NCBI GenBank assembly: GCA_003554865.1
Contig: PWHJ01000025.1
Span: 6,822 to 70,821, forward strand
Length of the DNA stretch: 64,000 nucleotides
Direction: 5' to 3'
From: Bacteroidota bacterium
GTDB lineage: Bacteria; Bacteroidota; Bacteroidia; Bacteroidales; PUMT01
Part shown: one piece after another, positions 40,112 to 51,065 of the stretch
How positions within the stretch are numbered: position 1 is the stretch's first letter
How the letters are laid out: every line of letters begins with the position of its first letter
Position numbers and translations under genes: made by a program
The notes under the pieces: model-generated
What the model was told of the DNA's origin: nothing
Databases searched by the model: none
Seen by the model: only the letters and a program-made list of their open reading frames with translations

Positions 40112-40124
40112 TCAGCAATAATTA

Positions 40125-41375
40125 TTATCTTACCTTTAAAGTAAGTACCGCAAGAACAGCCAGAAAGATCCCTACAATCCAGAAACGTGTAACTATCTTC
40201 GCCTCCGGGTAACCCTTCAGCTGATAATGATGATGAAGAGGCGCCATTTTGAATATCCTCCTTCCTTCACCATATTTCCTTTTGGTGTATTTGAAATAAC
40301 CCACCTGTATGAGTACCGAAAGACTTTCAACAAAAAAGACACCGCAGAGGATAGGTATCAGCAACTCTTTTCTTATTAGAATAGCATAAACAGCAATAAT
40401 ACCTCCGATTGACAGGCTGCCGGTGTCGCCCATAAATACCTGTGCCGGATATGAATTATACCATAAAAACCCGATAGCCGCACCGGTAAAAGCGCTCATG
40501 AATATAACAAGCTCTCCGGTATAGGGTATATACATAATATTGAGATAATCGGCATATATAATGTTACCTGACAGATATGCAAGTATTCCGAGGGTAATCC
40601 CGATGATTGTAGACAACCCCGTTGCCAGTCCATCGAGCCCGTCAGTCATATTGGCTCCGTTTGAAACGGCTGTTACCACTATTATTATTACTATTACAAA
40701 AACAACCCACCCCCACTTGCCAGCCTTCTCCCCGAGAAACCATAAAAACTTTGAATAATCAAGCTCATTGTCTTTCAAAAAAGGTATTGTAGTTATGGTA
40801 TCCTTTACGTCCCGGGTAACATATCCGGAAGAGCGGGTTACCTCCTCATAAGTCTGGGCTTCTTCAATCCCCTCCTGCTCCTCATCCATCATAACCCTTT
40901 CACGTACAACAATGTCGCTGCTCAAATACATTGTCAATCCGACAACCAGCCCGAGAGTAACCTGGCCCAGTATTTTAAGCTTCCCGCTCAGGCCCTCCTT
41001 ATCCTTTTTGAATACCTTTATATAGTCATCGGCAAAACCGACCAGTCCGAGCCAGATAGTTGTGAAAATCATAAGCCGGACATACACGTTTTCAAGATTT
41101 CCAAACAAAAGTGTGGGGATCAGAATTGAGATAAGTATAATTATCCCGCCCATTGTGGGTGTACCCTCTTTGCGCAGCTGCCCTTCCAGTCCGAGATCCC
41201 TGATACCCTCACCTATCTGCTGCCTCTGCAAATATTTTATCACGCCTTTGCCAAACAAAAGAGAAATGGCCAGCGAAGTTATAACAGCCATTGCAGAACG
41301 GAAGGTTATGAACTGAAATACTCCCGCTCCCGGAAAATCTATACTTTGTAACCAGTCAAACAAATAATGCAGCAT
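40125..41375 (-). CDS. mraY: Phospho-N-acetylmuramoyl-pentapeptide transferase
   Basis: [39 protein letters not shown]. Confidence 0.98.
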   Translation of the reverse strand: MLHYLFDWLQSIDFPGAGVFQFITFRSAMAVITSLAISLLFGKGVIKYLQRQQIGEGIRDLGLEGQLRKEGTPTMGGIIILISILIPTLLFGNLENVYVRLMIFTTIWLGLVGFADDYIKVFKKDKEGLSGKLKILGQVTLGLVVGLTMYLSSDIVVRERVMMDEEQEGIEEAQTYEEVTRSSGYVTRDVKDTITTIPFLKDNELDYSKFLWFLGEKAGKWGWVVFVIVIIIVVTAVSNGANMTDGLDGLATGLSTIIGITLGILAYLSGNIIYADYLNIMYIPYTGELVIFMSAFTGAAIGFLWYNSYPAQVFMGDTGSLSIGGIIAVYAILIRKELLIPILCGVFFVESLSVLIQVGYFKYTKRKYGEGRRIFKMAPLHHHYQLKGYPEAKIVTRFWIVGIFLAVLAVLTLKVR

Positions 41376-41379
41376 TATA

Positions 41380-42846
41380 CTATTTTTTTGCTGTAGTTTT
41401 GAATATTGATTCTATAACTTCCCTGTCATCAAAATGATAACGCTCACCTTTTACTTCCTGATATGTTTCATGGCCTTTACCAGCAACCAGGACAATGTCA
41501 CCGGGGGAAGCCATCATACATCCGGTCTTTATGGCTTCCGCCCTCCCTGTAATGCTAAGCACTTTTGACATCTGATCTTTTTCAACACCTTCCATCATAT
41601 CCCTTATGATCACTTCGGGATCTTCATTGCGTGGATTGTCGGAGGTGAGTATCACAATATCGCTGAAACTAATTGCTATGCCAGCCATAACAGGCCGCTT
41701 GGCTTTATCCCTGTCACCTCCTGATCCTACGACGGTTATAACACGCTGTTGTTTGTTTTTAAGCTTGTCTACAGTTTTTAATACATTTTCCAGTGCATCG
41801 GGTGTGTGTGCATAATCCACTATTGCGGTCACATTATTATCCGAACGGATATATTCGAATCTCCCGGGCACCATGTTAAACGAGCTGGCAATCTGAAGCA
41901 CCCTCTCCCTGTCAGCTCCAAGCAAATCAGAAACAGCATATATCCCCAGCAAATTGTAAGCATTGAACTCACCTATAAGGTGGGTCCACAACTCGGTGCC
42001 TTCAATATTGATAAGGGTCCCGTCAAAGCGGCTCTCAACTATTCTGGCCTTATAATCGGCCATAGACCTGACTGCAAAAGTTTTTTGCTGCGCCACGGTA
42101 TTTTGAACAATTACGGAAGCATTTTTGTCGTCGGCATTTACCAGGGCAAACGCATTTTGGGGAAGATTATCAAAAAACTCTTTTTTAGATCTCAAGTAGC
42201 TTGCAAAATCACTGTGATAATCAATATGGTCATGAGTTATATTGGTAAAAACAGCGCCAGTAAAAAAAAGTCCGGAAATCCTTTTCTGGGCGATGGAATG
42301 AGAGCTGACCTCCATGAAACAATATTCACAACCCCGGGAGACCATTTCTCCGAGAAGCCGCTGAAGCATCAGTGAATCCGGCGTAGTATAAAAAGCGGGG
42401 ATACTACTGTCATTAATAAAATAATTTACCGTTGAGATCAAACCCGCTTTATACCCAAGCTGCCTGAAAAGCCTGTGCAGGAGAACCACTGTGGTTGTCT
42501 TTCCGTTTGTGCCGGTTACACCAACCACCTTTAATTGCTTTGAGGGATATCCATAAAACGCGGAGGCTATTTTCCCCATTTCCCGGGCCGTATCCCCAAC
42601 CCTTATGTATGTAATGTTCCCCGGCCTCTGCTGAGGCAGTTTTTCACAAACAACTGCAACCGCCCCCTTCTCTGTAGCTTCGTTAATATAATCATGACCG
42701 TCATATGCCATACCTTTTACAGCAAAAAACAGACACCCTTTTTCAGCCTTTCTTGAATCGGATACCAAAGAGCTAACCTCTTTGTCCTCATCTCCGGTAA
42801 TTTCCACAACTTCGGCCGGAATTATTATTTCATTCAATTTTGGCAT
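41380..42846 (-). CDS. murE: UDP-MurNAc-dipeptide--meso-diaminopimelate ligase
   Basis: [25 protein letters not shown]-specific DNPR, AGKGHE. Confidence 0.97.
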   Translation of the reverse strand: MPKLNEIIIPAEVVEITGDEDKEVSSLVSDSRKAEKGCLFFAVKGMAYDGHDYINEATEKGAVAVVCEKLPQQRPGNITYIRVGDTAREMGKIASAFYGYPSKQLKVVGVTGTNGKTTTVVLLHRLFRQLGYKAGLISTVNYFINDSSIPAFYTTPDSLMLQRLLGEMVSRGCEYCFMEVSSHSIAQKRISGLFFTGAVFTNITHDHIDYHSDFASYLRSKKEFFDNLPQNAFALVNADDKNASVIVQNTVAQQKTFAVRSMADYKARIVESRFDGTLINIEGTELWTHLIGEFNAYNLLGIYAVSDLLGADRERVLQIASSFNMVPGRFEYIRSDNNVTAIVDYAHTPDALENVLKTVDKLKNKQQRVITVVGSGGDRDKAKRPVMAGIAISFSDIVILTSDNPRNEDPEVIIRDMMEGVEKDQMSKVLSITGRAEAIKTGCMMASPGDIVLVAGKGHETYQEVKGERYHFDDREVIESIFKTTAKK

Positions 42847-42868
42847 TAGCAGCTCATTTTAAATTAAC

Positions 42869-45019
42869 TCATTCATTTCGGCTCATCCTGATAACAATCC
42901 TGTCTCCCTCGCTTATATGTTTGCCCGGCGCCAGAGACTGGTCAGCCACCCTGCCCCTGCCCCTTGCCTCCACCTTTAATCCTTCATTTTCAAGAAGATA
43001 AACTGCATCCTTGAGAGACATATCAACCACATTAGGTACTGTTCCCGGTATATGCATTATCTGTCTCAGCTCAACTAACGAATCGCGCCTGAAGGTTGAA
43101 ACCCACGGGGAAATTTCACCGCTGTCGTTATCGTCATCATTATTATTGCCTGCCATCATATATTTAATGTTCAAAGTGGCTAAAACATTGCTCAGATCTG
43201 AAAAATTTCCGGATTTGGAAAAAGGAGGCTCTGAAAGACCGTCGGCCTTTTGGAGGGGATCGTGCATATCCAGTCTGGTGGCATATACCTTATCGGCAAT
43301 TTCCCTGAATACAGGGCCGGCAACCAGATTGCCGTAATAAACATTTTTGGTGGGTGAATTGACAACCACTATACATGAATACATCGGATCATCTGCAGGA
43401 AAATAGCCAACAAATGAGGCCTGATAGCTGACCATTTCATCGCGACGATATCCGTACTTTTCATTGGCTATCTGGGCTGTTCCGGTTTTTCCGGCTATAC
43501 TGTACTGGGTATTTCTCAAATTGCTTGCAGTACCGCTATCGACCACACCCTCAAGCATACTCTGGACACTCTTTATTGTGGAGGGTGAAGCAACTGAAGA
43601 ATTTATAATTTCAGTGGGTATTTTCCTGAGCGTCTCACCGTGTGATTTGATGGCTGAGGCAAACCTGGGGCGAACCATTTTCCCGTCATTGGCAATTGCA
43701 TTGTAAAATGCAAGAATCTGCAGCGGGGTTAGCCTTACTTCATACCCGATTGACATCATTGGCAATGAAACACCCGACCACAAATTATCACCCGGATACT
43801 TAATTTCCGGTGCTCCCTCCCCCCTTATCTCCACCCCGAGCTTTTCATTCAGATTCATCTCATAGAGGTGATTAATGAAATCTCTTTCATTTCGACCATA
43901 ATACTGATCTATCAATTTGGCAACTCCCACATTGGAGGAAACTTCAAAAGCCTCCCTTACGGAAATTTTGCCCAGGCCTCCTTCCTCTCCGTCTGATATC
44001 GTCTGGTCGTAAAAGCTTACTCTGCCGTCACCGGTATCAACTGAATCTGACGGACTTACAAAACCGTCTTCCATTGCCGCCATCAGTGACATAAGCTTGA
44101 AGGTTGAACCCGGCTCCGTACTTTCACCAACGGCAAAATTATAAGCTTCAGAATAACTTCCGTCACTGTTTCTTTTAAGGTTGGCTATAGCCTTAACCTT
44201 ACCAGTTTGCACCTCCATTAAAACAGCTGTGCCGTGATTTGCCCTGTGACGCCTCAATTGTCTCAAAAGAGCGTTGGTAGCCACATCCTGCACCTCTACA
44301 TCTATTGTTGATACTACATCATAGCCGTCCCTGGGCTCAACCTCATTGCGGTCATTAAGGGGCATCCAAACATTCCCCGATATCCTCTGCATCAGTTTCA
44401 GACCGACTACCCCGCTTAAATGCTCATCATATGCCCCTTCAATACCAACTACATTCCCTCCCTCGTCTTTGGTTGTATAACCTATTGTCCTTGAGGCAAG
44501 ATTGCCGTGTGGCAATATGCGCCTGTCATTCTGAACCACTATCAGTCCACCGGTATTTCTGCCCAGACGAAACATAGGCAAGTTTTTAACCTCGCTGAGC
44601 TTATTGAATGAGACACCTCTTTTGATCAGGTAATAACGCCTGTTTTCCCGCCTTGCCTGTAAAAGTTCACTCTTATAGGCAGATGCCGGTTTGTCGCCAA
44701 ATAACCGTTGCAATCCCAGGGCAAGTGAATCAATATTTGAATAGAAAATCTCATCAGTGAGTCCTCTTGCCCTGAGATCCACCCTTATATCGTAATAGGG
44801 AAGCGACGTGGAAAGCAGGCGGTTATTGGCATCATAAATATCCCCCCTGTTAGGCTCAATAATAATATCCCTTAAAATAAGATTTTCAGCCTTTTCTTCC
44901 CATTTAGCACCCTCTGCAAACTGAATCCAGAAAATCTTACCGATTATAACAAGTGCAAAAGCCAGCACAAAGATATAAACAATTCCTACACGCCATATTA
45001 TGTCTTTTTTCAGTGACAT
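42869..45019 (-). CDS. ftsI: Class B penicillin-binding protein FtsI with C-terminal PASTA domain
   Basis: RGDIYD, EPGSTFK (SxxK), SSN, GKTGTAQ, PASTA VPNVVDM... Confidence 0.93.
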   Translation of the reverse strand: MSLKKDIIWRVGIVYIFVLAFALVIIGKIFWIQFAEGAKWEEKAENLILRDIIIEPNRGDIYDANNRLLSTSLPYYDIRVDLRARGLTDEIFYSNIDSLALGLQRLFGDKPASAYKSELLQARRENRRYYLIKRGVSFNKLSEVKNLPMFRLGRNTGGLIVVQNDRRILPHGNLASRTIGYTTKDEGGNVVGIEGAYDEHLSGVVGLKLMQRISGNVWMPLNDRNEVEPRDGYDVVSTIDVEVQDVATNALLRQLRRHRANHGTAVLMEVQTGKVKAIANLKRNSDGSYSEAYNFAVGESTEPGSTFKLMSLMAAMEDGFVSPSDSVDTGDGRVSFYDQTISDGEEGGLGKISVREAFEVSSNVGVAKLIDQYYGRNERDFINHLYEMNLNEKLGVEIRGEGAPEIKYPGDNLWSGVSLPMMSIGYEVRLTPLQILAFYNAIANDGKMVRPRFASAIKSHGETLRKIPTEIINSSVASPSTIKSVQSMLEGVVDSGTASNLRNTQYSIAGKTGTAQIANEKYGYRRDEMVSYQASFVGYFPADDPMYSCIVVVNSPTKNVYYGNLVAGPVFREIADKVYATRLDMHDPLQKADGLSEPPFSKSGNFSDLSNVLATLNIKYMMAGNNNDDDNDSGEISPWVSTFRRDSLVELRQIMHIPGTVPNVVDMSLKDAVYLLENEGLKVEARGRGRVADQSLAPGKHISEGDRIVIRMSRNE

Positions 45020-45026
45020 AGCACAA

Positions 45027-45416
45027 TTATTCTTTTACAACAATTTTTACAGGTGGCTCCAAAGATTCCTCAATATCGAGATCCTCCTTTTCAAGCAACC
45101 TTAGCACTTCCGACTGCCTGCTGATATCCATCAATTCGGCAGAAACGGTTATGGCCTTGGCACGCAAGTGCTGCAGCTCAGACTGAAGCTCACTTTCCTG
45201 TCTGACAAGCTTTTCGGCATGATAGCGATTTCCAATGTAGATAAATGCAAGCAGGGTCAAAAAAACGATATAAGGAAGCTGCCTTATCACAGAACTGCGG
45301 GTTATAAGGCTCCCGTCTATGAGTTCCTTTAAAAACCCTTTTCCAGAAGGTTTATGATCGTGTTGTTCCTGTTTTCTCTCTTCTTCAAATTCTATTTGTT
45401 CACCGTAAAGAGACAT
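45027..45416 (-). CDS. ftsL: FtsL-like cell division protein (Bacteroidetes type)
   Basis: Single TM followed by YIGNRY and a coiled coil, between rsmH and ftsI. Confidence 0.8.
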   Translation of the reverse strand: MSLYGEQIEFEEERKQEQHDHKPSGKGFLKELIDGSLITRSSVIRQLPYIVFLTLLAFIYIGNRYHAEKLVRQESELQSELQHLRAKAITVSAELMDISRQSEVLRLLEKEDLDIEESLEPPVKIVVKE

Positions 45417-45484
45417 AACCGTATTTTTTTATTTATCCAACCAATAAACAATTATTTCTGGTGAGTTTGCCTCAACAATTTCAA

Positions 45485-46402
45485 CTAAAAAACGCGCTCT
45501 GCAATTCTCAGCCTGGCACTGCGCGCCCTGTTGTTTTCTTTAATCTGTGATTCATCCGGAACTATCACCTTTCTGTTAACCGGCCGGAAAGGTGATTTCG
45601 GTTCACCGTAAAAATCTCTTTCCAGCTTTCCCTCTACATTTCCGGCCCTCATAAAATTCTTGACTAACCTGTCTTCGAGAGAATGATAAGAAATAACTAC
45701 CAACCTGCCGCCCTTTTTCAGAGTTGAGAGAGTTTCGCCGAGCATCTCCCTGAGCGAATCAACTTCTTTGTTTATCTCTATACGGAGCGCCTGAAACACC
45801 TTTGCATAATATTTATTCCGTTGTCTGGGCGAAATTCTTTCCGGAATACAACTGTCAACTATCCTCACCAGACCCTGAATTTCTTTAATGGGCTGCTTTT
45901 CCCTTGTCTCTGCAATTGCCCGTGAAAGCTTCCTGCTATTTTTCAGCTCTCCGTACCGGAAAAAAACCTCTGCCAATTGCTCCGGCTTATAACCGTTTAC
46001 AACATCGGCGGCCGTTGTTGAGCTGCTCTTGTTCATTCTCATATCCAGAGGCCCTTCCATACTGAAGGAAAAACCTCTTTCCGGTTCATCGAAATGATGG
46101 GAAGATACTCCCAGGTCAGCGAGTATACCATCAACTTCATAAATTTCATAATAACGCAAATAGTTTCGAAAAAACCGGAAATTGCCGCTTATGAACAAAA
46201 ACCTTTTGTCATTAATTTTTTCTGCCTCGGTCATACTGTCCTGATCCTGATCAAAAGCAACAAGGCGCCCCCCTTTCAGCTTTTTCAGGATTTCCGCAGA
46301 ATGGCCTCCCCCGCCGAATGTGAGATCAACATAAACTCCCCCCTGACGAAGCGCCAATCCGTCAATGCTTTCCCTTAAAAGAACAGGTTTGTGATAAGCC
46401 AT
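45485..46402 (-). CDS. rsmH: 16S rRNA (cytosine1402-N4)-methyltransferase
   Basis: YHKPVL, DLTFGGGGHS, DLGVSS, LDMRM, FQALRIEIN, SYHSLEDR, NRARSARLR. Confidence 0.98.
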   Translation of the reverse strand: MAYHKPVLLRESIDGLALRQGGVYVDLTFGGGGHSAEILKKLKGGRLVAFDQDQDSMTEAEKINDKRFLFISGNFRFFRNYLRYYEIYEVDGILADLGVSSHHFDEPERGFSFSMEGPLDMRMNKSSSTTAADVVNGYKPEQLAEVFFRYGELKNSRKLSRAIAETREKQPIKEIQGLVRIVDSCIPERISPRQRNKYYAKVFQALRIEINKEVDSLREMLGETLSTLKKGGRLVVISYHSLEDRLVKNFMRAGNVEGKLERDFYGEPKSPFRPVNRKVIVPDESQIKENNRARSARLRIAERVF

Positions 46403-46405
46403 TGC

Positions 46406-46867
46406 CTATTGTTTTTGATCCTGGTCTCCCAAAATTTTTTCAGCCAGACTGGCAAAATCATCGGCATCATCCACGACCTTTTCATAAAACTCCCTGTTCC
46501 ATATCTCAATTTTACCATCCTGTCCCGCCAGAATGGCCTCTGCTCCAATTTCCGCCTGATCCAAAAGTCTTTTGGGGATCAGCAATCTGTTATTGCCATC
46601 AAGCATTATTTCAGCCGTTCCTTTATAAAATCCCCTTATAAATCTGCTGTGCTCCTTATTATAAGGATTGATTCTCTCCCTGATCAGTTCGTTCTGACGC
46701 TGCCATTCATCCATCGGATATAATACAAGACACTTCTCAAATATGTCTTTTTTCACAACGAACCTGTCGAGGGCAGCAGCCGGCATCTGCCTTTTGAAAG
46801 CCGAGGGCAGGACTATCCGACCCTTGGCATCAACTTTGCACAAAAAATCACCGATAAAGCCAGCCAT
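46406..46867 (-). CDS. mraZ: Division/cell wall cluster transcriptional repressor MraZ
   Basis: Two SpoVT/AbrB repeats (VDAKGRIVLP, LDGNNRLLIP), IEIW, first gene of the dcw cluster. Confidence 0.95.
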   Translation of the reverse strand: MAGFIGDFLCKVDAKGRIVLPSAFKRQMPAAALDRFVVKKDIFEKCLVLYPMDEWQRQNELIRERINPYNKEHSRFIRGFYKGTAEIMLDGNNRLLIPKRLLDQAEIGAEAILAGQDGKIEIWNREFYEKVVDDADDFASLAEKILGDQDQKQ

Positions 46868-46904
46868 AACACAACAATTTTACAAAGTAAAAATATATAA
46901 AAAT

Positions 46905-46944
46905 TTTCCACTTTCAACCACTTTATCCCATTTTTTTCCACTTT
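46905..46944 (-). promoter_or_regulatory. MraZ-binding direct repeats (4 x [G/A]TGG at a 10-bp period)
   Basis: Minus strand AAAGTGGAAAAAAATGGGATAAAGTGGTTGAAAGTGGAAA. CCA[C/T] on the plus strand at 46908, 46918, 46928 and 46938. Confidence 0.8.
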
Positions 46945-47128
46945 GTTAATAACTTTTTTGAAAAATCATTTTTATCTTTTACTATCTTCCCTGTCTGTCA
47001 AAATATTTAACAATTTTAAGCGGATTGATTTTTACCCCATTGTTTGAACCCAGGTCCAGTTTTTGGGATATAAAGGCAATTATTTTTGTAATTTTAAAGT
47101 TTTATTTTTTAAAAATGTTTTGTGTTAA

Positions 47129-47983
47129 ATGGAAGAGCAAACAGTGAAACAAAAAGTTGAGCTGGTGGATGTCGACCGTATATTCAGGGAGAAGAACCCC
47201 CGGCTTTATAAATTGCTCCCAGGGTTCATAACCGGTTTTATTAAACGGATCATTCACCAGGATGAAGTAAACGAAGCACTGACAAGGTACCATGACCGGT
47301 ACGGGGTCAGCTTTGTTAACAGCATTCTTGACTATATGGATATTCAATATTCGGTAACCGGGGAGGAAAACATTCCCGGAGAGGGGAGGTTTATCTTTGT
47401 TTCAAATCATCCTCTCGGGGCACTGGACGGGATGATATTCATTGAAATTATAGGGAAGCATTTCAAAGAAGTCAGGTTTATTGTTAACGACATTCTTTTG
47501 AACCTTAAGAATCTCGAATCGATCTTTGTGCCTGTAAACAAACATGGCAAGCAATCGTCAGAATATGCAAAAAGGATCGAGGATGTTTACAGATCGGATG
47601 CTCAGGTGCTGTACTTTCCCGCAGGAATGTGTTCAAGAAAAGTAGGAGGCAAAATAGTTGATCTTGAGTGGAAAAAAAGTTTTATTAAAAAAGCTGTTGA
47701 TCATAAACGTGATATTATTCCCATGCATTTCAGCGGCCAAAATTCTAAATTTTTCTACCGTCTGGCAAATTTAAGAAAAACGCTGGGTATTAGCGCAAAC
47801 ATTGAATTATTCTTTTTTCCCGATGAAATGTTTAAGCAAAAACGAAAAAAGATTGATGTAAAAATAGGGAAGCCTATACCCCATACATTACTGGACAACT
47901 CAAGGAGTCGCTCCGAATGGGCCAAATGGGCCAGTTATGTTAAAAAAGTTGTTTATGATATGGGGGGCGTTGATCTTGCATAA
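47129..47983 (+). CDS. PlsC-like acyltransferase, probable glycine-lipid O-acyltransferase (GlsA/HlyB-like)
   Basis: HxxxxD motif SNHPLGALDG, FPAG, DLEWKKSF. Paired with a GNAT-5 gene, divergent from mraZ. Confidence 0.8.
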   Translation: MEEQTVKQKVELVDVDRIFREKNPRLYKLLPGFITGFIKRIIHQDEVNEALTRYHDRYGVSFVNSILDYMDIQYSVTGEENIPGEGRFIFVSNHPLGALDGMIFIEIIGKHFKEVRFIVNDILLNLKNLESIFVPVNKHGKQSSEYAKRIEDVYRSDAQVLYFPAGMCSRKVGGKIVDLEWKKSFIKKAVDHKRDIIPMHFSGQNSKFFYRLANLRKTLGISANIELFFFPDEMFKQKRKKIDVKIGKPIPHTLLDNSRSRSEWAKWASYVKKVVYDMGGVDLA

Positions 47984-48131
47984 AGTTTTTATTATTTTGG
48001 TTAAATTTGAGAGGATTTAATTATGCCGGTCCGGCAACAAAAAGACCGGCTTTTACCGCCGGTCCCGGATCCGGCAAAACGAAACAGGCTTTATTGTGTT
48101 TTAAATGCCGGCTAAATAAACCTAATTAAAG

Positions 48132-49079
48132 ATGCAAAGTATCATACCACCAGTTGACAGGAACAATATAAAAGCCGAATTAAGTGCGGCTAAATTCATC
48201 AGAAAAACAAACAATGCAAATAATGAGCTCTACATTGTAACCTCAGGCGATTCGCCCAATATAATGAAGGAAATAGGTCGCCTTAGAGAGCTCAGTTTCA
48301 GGCATGCCGGCGGAGGAACAGGTAAAGATATTGACATTGACAGTTACGATACACGGGAGGATCCCTATAAGCAACTTATTGTATGGGACCCCAAGCACAA
48401 TGAAATTCTCGGAGGATATCGCTTTTATATTCCGCCTGCCGATAAGCAGATTGATCCTTCAAAACTGGCAACTTCAAAACTGTTCGATTTTTCAGAGACA
48501 TTTAAAAAGGATTATCTCCCTTACATGATTGAACTGGGACGCTCATTTGTACAGCCGGCCTATCAGAGTACTTCAAGGGCAAGAAAAGGGCTTTTTGCCC
48601 TTGACAACCTGTGGGACGGTCTGGGTGCCATCGTTGTAGACAATCCTGAAATGAGGTACTTTTTCGGCAAAGTGACCATGTATCAAAAATTTAACAACCA
48701 GGCTCGAAACCTGATACTATATTTTCTCAACAAATATTTTGCAGACAACGAAAAGCTGGTTACCCCGAAAAACCCGCTGGATCTTGACATTGATGACGAA
48801 TCAATGAAATCGGTCTTTACGGGCAAGAATTACAGGGAAGACTATAAAATTCTTTCTCACAAAGTAAGAAGTTACGGGGAGGTTATTCCGCCACTTATAA
48901 ATGCCTATATGAACCTTTCGCCTTCAATGAAGGTGTTCGGGACCGTTATTAACAAAGATTTCGGGAATGTTGAAGAAACAGGCATTATGATCACAATTAG
49001 TGATCTTTACAAAAAGAAGGTGGAAAGACATGTTTCAACATACCAGAGGGTAAAATACTATATCCACACCAACCTTTAA
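48132..49079 (+). CDS. GNAT (OlsB/acetyltransferase_5) N-acyltransferase, probable glycine-lipid synthase (GlsB/HlyA-like)
   Basis: EIGRLRELSFRHAGGGTG..DID.YD, ILGGYR, IELGRSFV, LDNLWDGLG, YFFGKVT, IPPLINAY. Confidence 0.82.
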   Translation: MQSIIPPVDRNNIKAELSAAKFIRKTNNANNELYIVTSGDSPNIMKEIGRLRELSFRHAGGGTGKDIDIDSYDTREDPYKQLIVWDPKHNEILGGYRFYIPPADKQIDPSKLATSKLFDFSETFKKDYLPYMIELGRSFVQPAYQSTSRARKGLFALDNLWDGLGAIVVDNPEMRYFFGKVTMYQKFNNQARNLILYFLNKYFADNEKLVTPKNPLDLDIDDESMKSVFTGKNYREDYKILSHKVRSYGEVIPPLINAYMNLSPSMKVFGTVINKDFGNVEETGIMITISDLYKKKVERHVSTYQRVKYYIHTNL

Positions 49080-49084
49080 ACGGC

Positions 49085-50986
49085 TCAATAAGCCCGGGTT
49101 TCTTTTGATTCAATGAAATTTATAAAAGATGAGTTAACTACCTTGTTGCCTCCAGGTGTGGGATAATCGCCGGTAAAATACCAGTCGCCACGGTCATTGG
49201 GACATGCTGTATGAAGATTTTCGATCGACTGGAAAACCACATCCACTCTAATTTTTAAGTCGACAGGCTTCAGCAATTCTGCTATTTTAAGGGAAATCTG
49301 ACCGGTAGTGAAAGGTCTGTAGATCTCCTTTACATAGTTTACAATTTTATCTGCAGGCAAACCTTCCTGCTGCTTTGACTTTTTATATATTTCATTTATA
49401 GTATTCTCCCTTCCCGTTTCCTTCAGCAATTCAATAGCCGCTCTGAATGCGACAAAATCACTCAGTTTTGTCATATCAATGCCATAACAATCGGGGTACC
49501 TGATCTGAGGTGAAGATGATACCACAATGATCCGTTTCGGACCAAGGCGGCCCAGTATCTTCAATACACTTTTTTTGAGTGTGGTGCCTCTCACTATTGA
49601 ATCGTCAATTATTACAAGGTTATCTTTTCCTGGTTTTATGGTGCCGTATGTTATATCGTACACATGTTCGACAAGATCCTCACGCCCCTTCTGCTGTGTT
49701 ATGAATGTGCGAAGCTTTACATCCTTGACAGCTATATTCTCAACCCTCGGCCGGCGACCAATTATTTTTTTTATTTCCTTCTCTGAAAGATCGCGGCCCC
49801 CTTCAATTATATCCCTGGCCTTCTGTCTCATCATATGTTCTTCAACACCTTTAACAAGTCCCAGAAAAGCAGATTCGGCCGTATTGGGAACATATGAAAA
49901 AACGGTATTGTCCAGCTCTTTTCCAACAATATCCATAACTGCAGGGGTAAGAAGTTCGCCCAGTTTTTTTCTTTCACTGTAAATATCCCTGTCACTTCCC
50001 CTTGAAAAATAAATTCTCTCAAATGAACATGACTTACGGGGAGCAGGTGACCTGACAAGCTCCTCTCCCACATTCCCGTCTTTTGATATAATAAGTGCAT
50101 GACCGGGTTTAAGCTCATTAACCTTATCAGATGCAACATTCATAACTGTCTGTATAACGGGTCTTTCAGAAGCGGCAACTACCATCTCCTCGTCATAATA
50201 ATAAAATGCCGGCCTTATTCCCCAGGGATCCCTGTTTACAAACATATCTCCGTGACCCAGTATGCCGGTTATAACATACCCCCCGTCCCAGTCACCGCTG
50301 GAATCCATAAGGATCTTCTTCAAATCCAGGCTTTTTTCAATCAACCCTGAGATCTCTCTTGTTGGCACACCCTCTTTTTTATACCTACGATAAAGAATCT
50401 GGTTTTCCTCATCAATAAAATAACCCATTTTTTCAAGCACCGTAACCGTATCGGTATATTCTTTGGGATGCTGTCCCAGTTCAATAAGACGGGAAAAAAG
50501 CTCTTCCACATTGGTGAGATTAAAGTTCCCCGCCAAAACAAGATTCCTTGACTTCCAGTTATTTTCGCGCATTACAGGGTGCACATACTCTATACTGTTT
50601 TTACCGAAAGTCTCATATCTGAGGTGCCCCATGTAAATATTGCCGGCAAAGGGGATATTGCTCAGGGCATAGGAAGCGTCATCTATTAATCCCGGATGTT
50701 TCTCCTTTACTTTTTGAAAATGGGAATGGATATTTTGAAAAACATCATTTATAGAAGTTGAGGTATTTGAACGCTGGCGAAATATATAAGGCTTGCCGGG
50801 CTCGCGGTTTAATTTCAGGCTAACTACCCCGGCTCCGTCCTGGCCCCGGTTTCGCTGTTTTTCCATCAAAAGATACAGCTTGTTTAGTCCATACATCCAG
50901 GTACCGTATTTCAGCTGATAATATTCCAGAGGCTTTAAAAGACGTATTACTGCTATTCCGCAGTCATGGGTTAAAAGATCAGACAT
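49085..50986 (-). CDS. purF: Amidophosphoribosyltransferase (long Bacteroidetes type)
   Basis: Ntn propeptide before Cys (HD/CGI), NRGQDGAG, RDPWGIRP, CSFERIYFSR, PRPP loop IIDDSIVRGTT, YGIDM. Confidence 0.93.
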   Translation of the reverse strand: MSDLLTHDCGIAVIRLLKPLEYYQLKYGTWMYGLNKLYLLMEKQRNRGQDGAGVVSLKLNREPGKPYIFRQRSNTSTSINDVFQNIHSHFQKVKEKHPGLIDDASYALSNIPFAGNIYMGHLRYETFGKNSIEYVHPVMRENNWKSRNLVLAGNFNLTNVEELFSRLIELGQHPKEYTDTVTVLEKMGYFIDEENQILYRRYKKEGVPTREISGLIEKSLDLKKILMDSSGDWDGGYVITGILGHGDMFVNRDPWGIRPAFYYYDEEMVVAASERPVIQTVMNVASDKVNELKPGHALIISKDGNVGEELVRSPAPRKSCSFERIYFSRGSDRDIYSERKKLGELLTPAVMDIVGKELDNTVFSYVPNTAESAFLGLVKGVEEHMMRQKARDIIEGGRDLSEKEIKKIIGRRPRVENIAVKDVKLRTFITQQKGREDLVEHVYDITYGTIKPGKDNLVIIDDSIVRGTTLKKSVLKILGRLGPKRIIVVSSSPQIRYPDCYGIDMTKLSDFVAFRAAIELLKETGRENTINEIYKKSKQQEGLPADKIVNYVKEIYRPFTTGQISLKIAELLKPVDLKIRVDVVFQSIENLHTACPNDRGDWYFTGDYPTPGGNKVVNSSFINFIESKETRAY

Positions 50987-51065
50987 TGGTAATATTGGTA
51001 AAAGTTATATGGCTTTTGCATACACATGATATGGTGAATTCCTGAAGCTACCGGTAGCCGGTTTT

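Noticed and set aside
40720-40920. Long insertion in MraY (416 aa)
   Set aside because: A long loop here is usual for Bacteroidetes MraY. Only its acidity is notable, and that is covered in the findings.
31340-46867. murF and ddl absent from the dcw cluster
   Set aside because: This is the normal Bacteroidetes arrangement; these genes are encoded elsewhere.
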